A stretch of DNA of 64,000 nucleotides. Origin: Eledone cirrhosa (taxonomy: Eukaryota). The translations under genes and the position numbers were made by a program. The notes below the pieces were generated by a model. It was not told where the DNA came from. It was given only the letters and a program-made list of their open reading frames with translations, and searched no databases. Location of the stretch: contig OZ024755.1 in the NCBI GenBank assembly GCA_964016885.1, positions 16,864,001 to 16,928,000 on the forward strand, written 5' to 3'. Positions 41,336-55,359 of the stretch are shown here, piece after piece (position 1 is the stretch's first letter; every line of letters begins with the position of its first letter).

Positions 41336-41950
41336 CCTGACCAGTTTAGTCACCAAACATTCAACCATGAAGCAGGTTGTACTGGGTTACATGGTACCAG
41401 TAGCAGACAGAAGCCTGACCTAACCTGACCAGGTCTGGTAGGTGAGCCAGTTTAGTCGCCAAACACATGACCATGTAGTAGGTTGTACTGGGCTACATGG
41501 TACCAGTAGCAGACAGAAGCCTGACCTGACCAGGTCTGGTGGGTGAGCCAGTTTAGTTGCCAAACTACATGACCATGAAGCAGGTTGTACTGGGTTACAT
41601 GGTACCAGTAGCAGGCAGAAGCCTGACCTGACCTGACCAGGTCTGGTCGGTGAGCCAGTTTAGTTGCCAAACTACATGACCATGAAGCAGGTTGTACTGG
41701 GTTACATGGTACCAGTAGCAGACAGAAGCCTGACCTGACCTGACCAGGTCTGGTCGGTGAGCCAGTTTAGTTGCCAAACTACATGACCATGAAGCAGGTT
41801 GTACTGGGTTACATGGTACCAGTAGCAGACAGAAGCCTGACCTGACCAGGTCTGGTCGGTGAGCCAGTTTAGTTGCCAAACTACATGACCATGAAGCAGG
41901 TTGTACTGGGTTACATGGTACCAGTAGCAGACAGAAGCCTGACCTGACCA
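41336..41950. repeat. 101-107-bp tandem repeat, about 6 copies
   Basis: Units start at 41341, 41447, 41548, 41655, 41762 and 41864; length varies mainly by TGACC count. Confidence 0.93.
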
Positions 41951-42231
41951 CAAATAGCACCAGTTTATAAAAAGAATTCTACAACAACACTGGTAGTTTA
42001 TGAAAATACTACAACACTGCTGGTTCATAGAAAACTAATACAGATTTCAACAGAAATCTTTGTTATTACATTTCATGAGCATCAATATTATACTTCTAAA
42101 TTGTAGTTGACTGAGCAGTGATTTATATTATAAAGTTCTCTTTCTTGGTAGTGAGACAATTACATTGTAGTAGAGTCATTGTAACTATTGGACACTAAAT
42201 CATATATACACAGAGACATATATTTACATGT

Positions 42232-42262
<31 letters not shown>

Positions 42263-45200
42263 TATATATATATATATATATGGAAACATTCACACATGCT
42301 CACATATGCATGCGCTCAGAGAAACATGTGCATACACATACAGACACACAGAGACATACTTACAGACAAACACACACAGAGATACACATCTGCATGTACA
42401 CACACAGATATATACACACACAGACACACTCATATACACAGAGACACACACGTGCATGTACAAACACACACACCTGCTCACATATGCACGTGTACACACA
42501 GAGACTCATACACGCATGCACACTCATGCACGTGCACACACACACACACATACACTGTCCTCCTAGATGGGCTGAGAGCCACATCTTGCTTACATACATA
42601 CTTTCCAGTTTGACATGATTTTTATGGCTCGATGCTCTTCTATCACCAACCACTTTACAGAGTGTGCTGGGTGCACTACCAGCACTAGGGAGATTGTCAT
42701 GTCTTTGACACAACTGAAAAGTCTTCTCAAACCTTTTTTGGATATGGTTTCTGTGGTTATATACCTTTCCTATCACCACCTATTTTACAGAGTGTACTTG
42801 GTGCATTTCATCATGACACCAGCACTATGGAGGTTTTTATGTACTTGACAAAACTGAAATATCCTTTCAACCTTTTGTTTCACATGGTTTCTAGAGCTAG
42901 ATGCCCTTTCTATCACCAACCACATTATAGAGTGTGAAGCTATATTTTATCATAGCCACAGCACTAGAGAGGTTGTCATGGCCTTAACACAACATTAAAG
43001 TTCTAACAACCCTTTGTTTGGCATGGGTTCTATGGTTGGAAGCCAAGGCTATGGTGTTCTGAAGCAAACTTCTTACCCACAAAGCCATGCCTATACTTAC
43101 TTAATAAACTTTAAATCTTTTGTTATGTTTGTTTTTTTCCCCCCTCCTCTTTCTCTCTCTCTCTCTTTCTCTTTGTCTCTGTATCTCTGGGTGTGTTTCT
43201 GTCTCTCTCTCCATCCCCCTTTCTTTGTCTCCGCCTCTCTCTATCTTTCTCTCCACCCTCTCTCTTTCTCTTTGCCTCTGTCTCTCTGTGTGTGTGTCTC
43301 TCTCTCTCCATCTCCCTCTCTATCTATTTGTCTCTGTCCCTGTCTCTCACTCCATCCAACTCTCTCTCTCTTTTCTATCCCCCCCCCCCTCTCATATGTT
43401 GCAGTTGTGGAATTAATAAGACTGCAACACCATGTTACTGTAGATTGGTAACACAACCACTTTACATATCTCCATTGTATCTACTTGAAATATCATTGTT
43501 CTTCAAATTAAGGAGTGCATTCCATTCTTTTCTTCTGGCTTTAGACTTTCAAGTTTTCATTATAATTACTTTCCGGAAGTTTCTTAAAGTAGTTTAATAG
43601 ATTTTCTTTAGATCTGGTCAATAGTTCGTTTCTATATTAAGATAAAGGGTTAAATTTATTGAAGTATTTAACATATGAATGAATGACAATTATTGTGTAC
43701 AGTGCTCAGGTGCACTAGAAATCATCAAAGGTGCATGTATAGTACATAGAATAATGAACAAATGTCAGGAAAGTGAACAGTATATGAGTCATGATATACA
43801 CACATATACATGCGTGCATGTGTATGGAGGAGGAATATCAGGTGTAGTGTTGGGGAATTTCGGAATCAAGAGTAATGTATTTACTAAGAAGACAAGTTAC
43901 AGCTTATAGTTCACCATAGGTTTCTTCTTCTGCTGGTAGATAAGTAAAAAGCCATTGAGGTGAGCCATGGTGTGGTCATTCGGCTTGCTAGAAATAGCAA
44001 CAATATCGACAGTCAATTGATAAGATCCCAGACCTTGTTCGCTTAACGAGTGGGTGGAGTTCGTCCAATCGGACCGAGGAAACAATGTTTCCACTGGTCT
44101 TTCCAATTGCTAATACTATCAACCGGTTTCAAATCCAGGCAGTAGGAGCAATGTGAAATAAAGTGTCTTGCTCAAGGACATAACGCATCGCCTGTTCTGG
44201 GAATCAAACTCACAATCTCATAATTCTCCAACCATTCAGTCATGCGCCTTCACATAGCAACAATATTTCCCTTAAATCATATCTTACTATTTTAAGTAAG
44301 GAGACGACACACCTTGTACCATGATGAAATGCTCAGATGGTGCTGGAAAGAGCATCAGGTCATGGAAGCCACACCAAAACAAAATGTTACCTGTCCAGCT
44401 TAATATCAGAATATGATATCAGAATATGACCACTTGACTGACCCTGGCAGTCATAGAAAATAGACATTTGATAATGATGATGAGGACGATGATGCGCTTC
44501 TCCTACACCCTGCCACAACCCTTGATACATCTATCCTATTTAACCCTTGCATGAATGGAAAGCTGGACACATACTCCAATATACTACCAAGCACAACTCA
44601 CTCTCTTCAAGGCCACCCCCATGACATGTCACTCTCCCACAGTGATGGTGCTACGACAAAAAGCATTCAGTCTACCCTGTATGATAGTAATGCTGGTGCC
44701 ACAACAAAAATAAGCCAGTTCATCTTGTACAGGTGCCATGATAAAAATCACCCAGTCCATCTTATAAGTTGGTTGTATTGGTGCCAAGACAAAAAGCATG
44801 CAGTTCATCCTGTAAGGTGGTAGTGGTGGTGCCATGAAAAAAGCTTCCAGTACATGCTATAATGTAGGAAACCAAGTAAAAAAACGGATCCTATAAGCAA
44901 GGCAGAGTCACTTGACCTGTCTAACCTTATAATGTGACAGCCTGTCTAACCTATGCAAGCATGGAAAATAGATGTTAAATGGTGATATTGATTAGTATAC
45001 GAGTAAAGATACTATAAACATTTGAATTAACAAATCCGTTTTTAGACATTTTCTGCTAAATCATTTCATCATCATCATCATCATCCCCATTACAGAATGT
45101 TAAAAATTATTCTATCAAATCCTGGATGATAAAATACTTAAGTTTGATTCTGATCTAATTCAAATATTAAGCCATGGAACTTCATGTTTATTATTCTAAC

Positions 45201-46128
45201 TCTGAATCACTCACACCTTTTACAGACATTGAATTAAATATAATATGATAAGTTTCTGCTTCATTTCTGATATGTTAGCGATCTTTTAAATGATATTACA
45301 TAGCAAAATATGGTAGAGAAGAATTTATAGTAAATCTGGGAACATCTTTGATTTGCTACTCTAAATTGTGTCCTATATGCCTCACCCTCACCATTGCTCC
45401 TTAGAAACTACTCTCACTATTACGGTACAGCCCTAATCTACCCAGGATTACCCCAAATCTACTCCATTCATCAACCTATCAAATTCCACCATATTTGTCT
45501 TACACCCATGGCATATTTCTCACTCCTTCCCCTCTCCACATTACTACTTCAACGCTATATACCCGTAAAACGCCCATGACATTGAACTTATTTAATCTCT
45601 CCCTCTTCTCATCACTTATGTAGTTAAAGTTCTTGGAGAAATGCATGAATGTCACATCTTCTATTCTATCTTTCTCTTTTGTCTAAAGAGGCCATAGCTC
45701 TTTCATTATTTGGTATTGTTCTTTGCAGCATAGAGTTACGGTCCTTTATGGTCTGAGTTCAAATCCCACCGAGGTTAACTTTGTCTTTCATCCTTACTGG
45801 GTCAATAAAATAAAGTACCAGTCACGTACTGGGTCGATTTAATCGACTTTCTCCTCCCCCCAAATTGCTGGCTTTGTGCCTATATAAGAAATCATTATTT
45901 GGTATTGTTGTTTAGCCCCAGGTCGACCCTAGTTGAGCAGATCTATGATCAAAGACATCTCAGCCATGACCATTCTGTCGAATTCACATAAATAGTGTAT
46001 CCAATCCAGGACTACATTACCCAAAGTCTACTGCCTTCTTCTCAACATAAGGACTTAACTGCAATTTTTAGCATGCCAACTGGCCATGGAGAGGTTTCTC
46101 CAGTTAGCTTGGCATTATTAAATGTAGA

Positions 46129-46313
46129 AGGGCGGTGGATTGGCAGTATCGGTAGAGGGTCGAACGCCATGCTTTCCAGCATAGTTACGTCCCTTTACCA
46201 TCTGAGTTCAAATCCCGCCGAGGTTGACTTTGCCTTTCATCCTTACGGGGTCGATAAAATAAAGTACCAGTAATGCACTGGTAATTGCTGGCCTTGTGCC
46301 TAAAGTAGAAACA
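46129..46313 (+). mobile_element. Young full-length octopus tRNA-derived SINE (family S1)
   Basis: A-box-like ggattggcagtatcgg, B box gagttcaaatcc, central gcctttcatcc...ggggtcgataaa, ATT tail; 15-bp TSD attattaaatgtaga. Confidence 0.9.
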
Positions 46314-48354
46314 ATTATTAAATGTAGATTGTCAAGCAGAAAACACATATCTTAAATTTCATTTTGTGTGAAATAAATAAATAAATAGTTTCACTGTAGA
46401 CATTTATATGTTAATATGAAGTTGAAAATGAAAATGCCAAATTCTTCAGATTTAGTTTGTAATGAATATAGTTTTGAAATTTGGTAAATTATTCAGCAAC
46501 TGCTTGTCATTTGTCTTTTCACTAGTTTTATAAAATATATTGCTGTTTAAAAGCTGTTTAGTAGAAGTTTAGGCAGCAAATCAACAGTCATTAGAACATC
46601 AGATAGAATGCTTTGCAGTATTCATTTTTGCTCTCTGCTCTTTAAGTTCAAATCCCACCCTTGCCTTCCATCCATTTGAGGTTGATAAAAAATACCAGTT
46701 GAGTACTGGTGTCGATTCTTCCTCTATATCTCTTTCTCACTTCCATTTTCTCACTCTCCATCCTTCTCTGGAAGAAATCTGCTGTATTCAAACTTAGAGA
46801 GGAGATGGGCTCTGCTAGTTTTAAATATGCTCTAGAAATGCTGTATGTCAATACTGTGCCCCTTTGACTTCCTGGGGAGTTACGGGACCATGCATAATAG
46901 CAGTTTAAATGATGTGATAAAAACCACCATATTAAAGTATTGGTGTATGTGATATCAAATTCTATGCAAGATATTATATTGTTTCTTTAGGACAATGTTC
47001 CCTAAACTTATTTAGTTATGGAATCATGTAATTCTCCTGAAATTGTGAATTCTCCATCATCATAATTTTAATAAGATGTGAACCCTTTTGATTCCAAACT
47101 CCCTTAAACTGCTTCTAGTTTTATAATAGAAAACCGTTTATTTTAAAGTTATATCTATCTAAAAACCTTCCACCATAATTTTATTAAGAACCTCTGATGA
47201 TGGTCATGACAATATGATGATGATGATGACAACGATGATAATATTAACGATGATGATGATGATGATGACAATGATGATGATGGTGGTAGTGGTGGTGGTG
47301 ATGATGATGATGGTGTGATGGTAGTTGTGGTGGTGATAATGATGATGATATTGATCCTCAGCTGATTGTAAAATAAATTTACAATGTACATTTGCAGCAG
47401 ATACATTATTCCAGTCTGACGTGTGTGATAACTTTAATTAATCCAGTCTCTACCTGTATCACAGGGAGGTAAACATTGTTGAAGAATGTTTAGTTAAACC
47501 AAACAAAAGCATGGGAGGCAACTCAAGACAAATGTAACAGTAATGCAGCTGTCCATCATATGGCAGATGTGAGTTTGATTCCTGCAGGCAACCCTCTACA
47601 ATTTTTTTTTTTATTTACCCAACTAATTCATCTTGTTTATAGTCAAACCTGTGTTGTAGCAGTTTACAATAAGCTAACATGCTTTCAAAGTATTAAATAA
47701 GCAGAAATATTTATTTGAAATAGTTTTATGTCCCAATTGATTAAAATTCGAAGTAGAAATTGTAATGAGTGAGAATAATTTAATCCCAAGACAGCCAAAG
47801 GAATTAAAGAGTTTATTTTGGTCTGGCCCTAAACACACAGCTATTTCTCAGGTGACATTATTTTGGTTTGACACCAATAGAAAATGTTGAGATTCTAATC
47901 TCTGGCTGATAGCAAATTAACCATTTTCGTACCAATCCACATGAAACTGCTCCCTAGTGTTTGGTATGGTATGGAATGGTCCCATAACTTCTGATGGAGT
48001 TGTAGGGGTGCTGTATTGATATCCAGCATTTCTTGGGCATTTTAACCCTGGCAGAGCCCATCCTTCTCCAGGCCTAACAAAAGTGTCTATATTTATCTAA
48101 ACACTTTCCATCATAATTTTATGTAAAAATTATTATTAACCCTTTTAATACCAAACCTGTCTCCAAATAGCCCTGAATCTATGAAACAAAACCACCCATT
48201 TAGTATCAGCATTGTTTCCTTGCTCCAATTTGATGAGTTCCACCCACTCGGTAAGTGAATGAGGTCTGGGATCTTGTCAATCGAACTCTGTCTATATTTA
48301 AAACCCTCCAATATAGCATTTGCTATATTAAGTTACAAATATAATTTTAATAAT

Positions 48355-48700
48355 GGAGGTACATGGCTTAGTGGTTAGTGCATTGGCCTTACAATCGAAA
48401 GGTTGTAAGTTCAATTCTCAGACCGGGTGATGTGTTGTTTCCTTGAGCAAGGCACTTTATTTCACATTGGTCCAGTTTACTCAGCTGTAGAAATGAGATG
48501 ATAGGGACTGGGGTCCCTATCATTCCACTACAAAGTGGTCGTGGAGGTGCCACGGCAAAAAAGCACCCAGCACTCACTGTAAATGAGGTTGGTGTTAGGA
48601 AGGGCATCCAGCTGTAGAAATCAAGCCAGAATCAGTTCCCGTCCCACCCTTGCAAGCAGGGAAAAGTGATGGTAAAATGGAATGATGATGATGATGATGA
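48355..48700 (+). mobile_element. tRNA-derived SINE with CORE-like middle and RTE-derived tail
   Basis: A box tggcttagtgg, B-box-like gttcaattc, ccttgagcaag...tcagctgtagaaatg, tail cccgtcccacccttgcaagcagggaaaag..(atg)n. Confidence 0.8.
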
Positions 48701-50493
48701 ACAAGGATTTAGTAAATCCCTCCTAATTCATCATTAGTTAATCAGAATACAGTGTATTTCATTGGAAATATAGTCAGACATTCAGCATGTAATAACTGCA
48801 TATAAATGTGTATAGATACAGAAATATATGCTTGTGTACACATATATAACTCAAAACATACATATCCACACATGCAATAACATGCATACCTGCACACACA
48901 CACATACACAGCCAATTTCTTCCAGAGAAAGAAAAAGAGAGAGAGGGAGGGAGGGAGAGGGATAGAGAATAAGTGAGAAATAGATATAGGGGAAGAATTA
49001 ACCACAGTACTGGACTAGTATTTTATCTATAGACCTCAAAAGAATGAAAGACAAAACTGACCTTGGCAAGATTTGAACTCAGAATACAGAGAACAGAGGA
49101 CCATAACAAATATCACAAAGTATTTTATCTGATGTTCTAGAGACTTTGTCAATTTGTCACATAACTGTCATAAAAATCTCTTACAAAGAATAATCTTAAT
49201 TGGAGAGGTGAGAGTAATCAAATAGACTAGTGTAATCAGTGCTTGAAGTCATTAACAGTTCAGGTATGTGCTCTCCCAAGTTGTTGTATATTTACTCTCT
49301 ACCTGTGTGGATGTTATTAATTTTTGAAAGGTAAAGTCTCTCTCTGTGAGTGTTGTAGAGTAGAAAGTTACACACTCTTACTGAGCTGACCTGCTGACCT
49401 TGTTTTCGTTTCTGTTTGTAGTAACCTCACTTGACTCACTTAACTCTTTTGATACCAAACTACCCCAAACTGCCCTAAACTCTCCCTAACCACCCCAACC
49501 TACACCAAACCGCCTCTAGTTCTAAGAAACAAAATCATTCATTTTAAAGGGTTTGTATTTGAATTAAAACTTTCCAGCATAATTTTATGAAAATATAATA
49601 GTAAATATAGAGTAATCATCATCATCATCATCATCATTGATTAATGGTAAAGGGTTAATTCTTAGCTCAATTCTGACTTTCAAACAAACTCCCTAGAATA
49701 ATGGGATTAACCCTTTATCATTTACATTACTCTATATTTACTATTGTATTTTTATGGTAAAGGCTTTATCTCACATAATTATCTCACATAATATCATGAT
49801 ATTATTTATTTTGAGAACCAGTAATGTACTGGTGTAATTGCTGGCCTTGTGCCAAAAGTAGAAACAATTATTTATTTTGAGAACAATACCTTAACATAAG
49901 TATGAGCAGCCGGTTACAGCCGATTTTAACAGAAAGTGGTGAGAAAATTCTGGTCAGTTACGGCCAGTTTAAATGCTAAAGGGTTAAAGTTTCCTGAGGA
50001 ATTTATGATGATTAAATCTGCTTTGATAAATAACTTGGTTATAGCAGCAAGTCAGTGCATGTCTTATATTGTTACTTGTCTGTCATTGAATTGTTGGTTG
50101 CCATTACCTGTTGGTGTATAGGCGCAGGTATGTGTGTACAGGTATGTTTATGTACGCGTGTATGTACCTATGTGTATTTGTCCACATATGTGTGTATATC
50201 TATGTATATATATATATGTGTACATGTGTGTTCGTCTTCATGTGTGTGTATGTGTTTGTGTGTGGGTATTTCTGTGCATGTATGTGTGTGTGTATGTCTG
50301 CATGTGTGTGTACAAATGTTTGTGTACAAATGTTTTTGTGTGTACATGTGTTTGTGTGTGTACATGTGTTTGTGTGTGTGTATGTGTGTGTGTGTGCAAG
50401 CATGTGTGTGTGTATTTGTCTATGTGCGAGTGTGTGTGTGTATGTGTGTATTTGTGCACATATATGTGTATATGTGTGTGTGTGTTTGTGTGC

Positions 50494-50531
<38 letters not shown>

Positions 50532-51719
50532 GCATTTGCTGCTGTCCATATTGTTGTTGTTATGAATGATCTATTTCTGTTTTAGTATAAGTTTGTTTGT
50601 TGCTCTTTTTTTCTACCAGTTGTTGAAGTGGTTGTAATTGGTGCAATGCAACAGTGTTTGTAGTTGTTTACATTTGCTGTCATCTTGGTGTTGAAGACAA
50701 GAGTTAGGGTTAAGGTTAGGGTTAGTGTTAGTGTTGCAATTTGTTCAACTGTTTAGATAAAGCTAGTCAAGTGCTGATATTTCCTTGTCTAAAGAATCAT
50801 TTTTCTTTCATGCGAGTGAGAAGATAAACATTTATAATCTATAATCCTTGCTTCACCTAACACAACACAACACATAACTGAACATATAGACACACTCATA
50901 CACACACATTCTACATTGGGATTAAAAAGGGAAAACGTTGTCCATCTACTATGTTAGTCTTCATTCATCTATATATAAATTTCTGTGATTCTGTCACATG
51001 TAAAGAGAGAGGAGTAGTTTGACTACCTCATACTACTCCTTTCTCTTTATGTCTGCTGCCTGTGTGAATGTATGTGTGTGTGAAAGGAAGAAAGGGGAAG
51101 CATGTCTGTGTTTGCATGTTTATATTTATACACTCATACATATAAATGTATGCATATGCTCATACACACACACATATACACATATGTGTCAGCATATGGA
51201 AAAGAAATTCTAGTCTAAAAAAAAATCTAAAGTCTTTCTCAAGCTCTGAGGCTCATCAGGCTGGTTGCTTATCCTGGTTATTGTGATCTGAAGCGACTAA
51301 GAGTACAAGACCTCTCCCTGGACAAGATGCCAGTCCATCACAGGGTTAAACCTCCAGCTATTGCTGGTACTCATTTTCAACTGAGTATACTGAGGCAATG
51401 TGAAATTAAATGCTTTGCCCAAGAACACGACACACAAACCAGTCCAGGAATCGAACCCATGGCATGCACACTCATATACACATATTCTATACATTGGCTT
51501 AAGGTTGTCCATCTATTGTAGTTGAGTTAATTCATCCATACTCTTTAATTAGGCAGTGAATTAATGTACTCATTCCGACTCTCTGCAATCTGAATTAAAA
51601 TCCCTTTGAGGTTAAAACTTTACCTTAAATCCCTCGGGGTCATTAAATAATTATAATGTACCTGCCCAGTACTGGGGTCAATTCTCTTTTCATATATCTC
51701 TAGCACCTCTCTCTAAGAT

Positions 51720-52580
51720 ATGTTCTGACCAAGCTATCTTCTGATCTAAGCTATCTTCTGATCTAAGCTATGTTCTGATCTAAGCTATCTTCTGATCCAA
51801 GCTATCTTCTGATCCAAGCTAAGATCTGATCTGATCTAAGCTAAGTTATGATCTAAGCTATGTTCTGATCTAAGCTATCTTCTGATCCAAGCTATCTTCT
51901 GATCTAAGCTATCTTCTGATCTAAGCTATCTTCTGATCTAAGCTATCTTCTGATCCAAGCTAAGTTCTGATCCAAGCTAAGTTCTGATCTGATCTAAGCT
52001 AAGTTATGATCTAAGCTAAGTTCTGATCCAAGCTATCTTCTGATCCAAGCTATCTTCTGATCTAAGCTATCTTCTGATCCAAGCTAAGTTCTGATCCAAG
52101 CTAAGTTCTGATCCAAGCTATCTTCTGATCCAAGCTATCTTCTGATCTAAGCTATCTTCTGATCTAAGCTATCTTCTGATCTAAGCTATCTTCTGATCTA
52201 AGCTAAGTTCTGATCCAAGCTAAGTTCTGATCCAAGCTAAGTTCTGATCCAAGCTAAGTTCTGATCCAAGCTATCTTCTGATCTAAGCTATCTTCTGATC
52301 TAAGCTATCTTCTGATCTAAGCTATCTTCTGATCTAAGCTATCTTCTGATCTAAGCTATCTTCTGATCTTCTGATCCAAGCTATCTTCTGATCCAAGCTA
52401 TCTTCTGATCCAAGCTATCTTCTGATCCAAGCTATCTTCTGATCCAAGCTATCTTCTGATCTAAGCTATCTTCTGATCTAAGCTATCTTCTGATTTAAGC
52501 TATGTTCTGATCTGATCTAAGCTAAGTTCTGATCTAAGCTATGTTCTGATCTAAGCTATGTTCTGATCCAAGCTATGTTT
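51720..52580. repeat. 17-bp minisatellite, about 50 copies
   Basis: Unit ctgat(c)(t/c)aagcta(tc/ag/tg)tt. Confidence 0.95.
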
Positions 52581-52790
52581 GTATCTATTGTTGATGTGGA
52601 ATGAAATATGGTAGTAGGTCTGTGTATGTTAGTCATTGGGTGAGTGCTGAGTTCTAGTCTGTTGTTGATTTGGCTGATTAGTGTTTGGCTATTAGAATAG
52701 ATTCTTTGATTAACTTTACATTTTTTCTTCTATTTCAGGTTCTAAGGATATTGCACTGGTTTCATTAGAAATCAGTGACAGACCCGGACT

Positions 52791-52938
52791 ATGGACCGCT
52801 ACTATCGGTCATCAGTGAGTCCAAGCAGTTCTATATCTAGTACTCGTAGTAGTACACCAGTGTCAAGTACTGGTAGTGTGACAGGTCGGCTAACACCAGA
52901 TAGGCATGGAATCCAGTCAACTATACAACAGCTGGCAG
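52791..52938 (+). CDS. First coding exon of an unidentified gene (exon 52739-52938; CDS MDRYYRSSVSPSSSISSTRSSTPVSSTGSVTGRLTPDRHGIQSTIQQLA, phase-1 end)
   Basis: Polypyrimidine tract and acceptor ttttttcttctatttcag|G at 52738/9; donor CAG|GTAAGA at 52938/9; in-frame upstream TAA at 52743 before ATG 52791; non-repetitive protein-like sequence. The ORF-track extension past 52938 reads into a SINE. Confidence 0.8.
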
Positions 52939-52964
52939 GTAAGACTAACCTTGTATTATTTAAT

Positions 52965-53378
52965 GGGTGGTGGATTGGCAGTATCAGTAAAGTGTCAGAC
53001 ACCATGCTTATCAGCATAGAGTTATGGCCCTTTACGTTCTGAGTTCAAATTCTGCTGAGGTTAGCTTTGCCTTTCATCCTTATGGAGTCGATAAAATATA
53101 GTACCAGTAACCCACTGGGGTCGGTTTAATCAACTTTCCTCTACCCCCAAATTGTTGGCCTTGTGCCTAAATCAGAAATCATTATTTAATCTATTAAAGA
53201 GGGCAGTGGATGGATAGTGTCGGACAACATGCCGGACAACATGCTTTGCAGCATAGAGTTACGCTCCTTTATGTTCTAAGTTCAAATGCTGCTCTGTTTT
53301 TCATGCTTATGGGGTCGATAAAATAAAGTACCAGTAATGCACTGGTATCAATGCAATCGACTTTACCCTTCCCCAAAA
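52965..53378 (+). mobile_element. Two S1-type SINEs just downstream of the coding exon
   Basis: Same head, B box and central domain; older and partly CpG-decayed. Confidence 0.8.
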
Positions 53379-54145
53379 TATATATTATATAATTATTTAT
53401 TGAGATAAAAAGTAAAATAAAAACAAAGTCCAGGAAGTAACTTTCCTCTCATATCTGTCAAGTAGAATTTTTTACTGTTTAGTCAGGGTTGTAAGGGCAA
53501 TACTTATAACCCCTTTCAGGGCCTGCAAGACTGGTAGATGGGTGGGAAATAGGGTGGAAGGTATCCTTTAACCGAGGACCTAGCTGAAATATCTGCAACA
53601 GGCTGGACTTTGCTTGGTGATGTCATTAAACTAGGCAATGGATTAAGTTAACCACCCAGGATGAATAAAGTTTTCTAATACCCTTAACCCTTTTGATACT
53701 AAACCACATAAAACTGCTGCCCTTGGTTCTACACTACAAAACTGTTTTTTAAGTGTTTGTATCTATCTAAAAACCTTCCATCATAATTTTATGTAAGAAC
53801 CTCTGTTAAGCTACGTTCCAAAAACACCCAGCTTAATAATAAGAAAGTTAATTATATTATTAAGTCCCTTCAGATTCTTGATAAGTTTCAACATGATTTG
53901 AAAATAACAGGCAATGTCTTTCATTAGAAATATGGTAACAAATAGGTTAAAGTGGTTATATTTATCTAAAAACATTCCATCATAATTTTATGTAAGAACC
54001 ACTGTTAAGCTATCTTTCAAACACGAGCTTAATAATTAGAAGTTAGTTATATTTAAATCACTTCAAATTCTTGATTCTTGATTATTTTCAAAATTTTTGA
54101 AAAATCTAGACACTGTCTTTTATTAGAAATATGGTAATTAAAGGG

Positions 54146-54374
54146 TTAACCCTTTAGCATTTAAACTGGCCATATCTGGCCAGAATTCTCTCACCTCTTT
54201 CTGTTTAAAATGACCATAACTGGCCCCTCATACTGATGTTAAGGTATTGTTCTCAAAATAAATGATATCAAAATTTCATAGATTCAATATTATGTGAGAT
54301 AATTATGTGAGGTAAAGCCTTTACTATGAAAATATAATAGTAAATATAGAGTAATGTAAATGCTAAAGAGTTAA
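54146..54374. mobile_element. TTAA-flanked (piggyBac-like) MITE
   Basis: ttaa-ccctttagcattta...taaatgctaaagag-ttaa. Copies at 49708-49987, 60145-60389 and 60545-60748; related ttaacccttttgatac family at 53685-53950. Confidence 0.75.
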
Positions 54375-55359
54375 ATTGTAATTTTTATGCACTATGGAAG
54401 CTTAGAAGGAATGTGCCTGTAGATTTTGGCACACCTTGTAAAAAAAATGATGAAATTATGTAATGTTGACAGAATAAGTTGATACAATCTAGAATGGGAA
54501 CAGAATTTGAAACCAATGCAGATTTTTATAGCTTTGTACTTTTTTCTTTTTTTTCTTTTGGTTTTGGTAAATTTCGCTTGACAGGAAAGTAGAAATAGAA
54601 CTTGTGCTGCATATTCTGTGAAGCATGGAGCTGTGTGTGTATATGTGTGTGTGTGTGCACGTGTATGTGTGTATGTCTCTGTGTAAGAGAGAGATAGAGA
54701 GAGAGAGAGAGGAAGTATGTAGGAATGTGTGTATGCAAGAGAGAGAGAGAGAGAGTGTAGATATGTAAGTGTATGTGTGTGTGTTTTGGCTTCTATGTGT
54801 GTGTGTGAAAGATAGAAAGAGGGAGAGAGAAAGTGAGAGTGTATGTATGAAAAAGAGAGGAAGCGAGAGAGAGAGAAAGAGAGAGGGGGTGAAAGAGAAG
54901 GAGTATGTAGAAATGTAAGTATATGTATAAGTTTTTGGTATGTGTGTGTGTGTTCTACCTTCACAGCTGCTAAGTATTGGTGGTGGTGGTGGTGGTGGAG
55001 GGTGAGGTGGAGGGGAGGAGGTAATGTGTTGCACTGAATTTGGGTGCAGCCAGACCTGAGGACCGGTGCCAAATATCTCCCATTCACACAGGCAACGGCA
55101 GCAGACAGTTTTTAGCTAGAATTAAACAACTTTTCAGCTTCCTGCTAGAAAGAAAGAATCTACAGTTTTAGATTTACAGGTATCAGTCTGAGAAACCAGC
55201 TACAACACCTGCAACACCTGCAACACCTGCAACAACAACAATAATAACAATAACATAATTAGTGTTAATATGTGTGTGTGTGTGTGTGTGTGTGTCAGAG
55301 AGAGAGAGATAATGAGAGCAAAGGAAAGAGAGTGAGAGACAGAGAGAGAGAGAGACAGA

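Noticed and set aside
46129-46230. tRNA genes
   Set aside because: A/B boxes belong to SINE heads; no cloverleaf, and each is followed by a SINE body and tail.
50701-50735. Telomere-like TTAGGG run
   Set aside because: Only two perfect units; too short to call an interstitial telomere.
55138-55179. 42-nt candidate exon (LPARKKESTVLDLQ) after the coding exon
   Set aside because: Open only in phase 0; joining to the phase-1 donor at 52938 gives an immediate TAG, and the donor GTATCA is weak.
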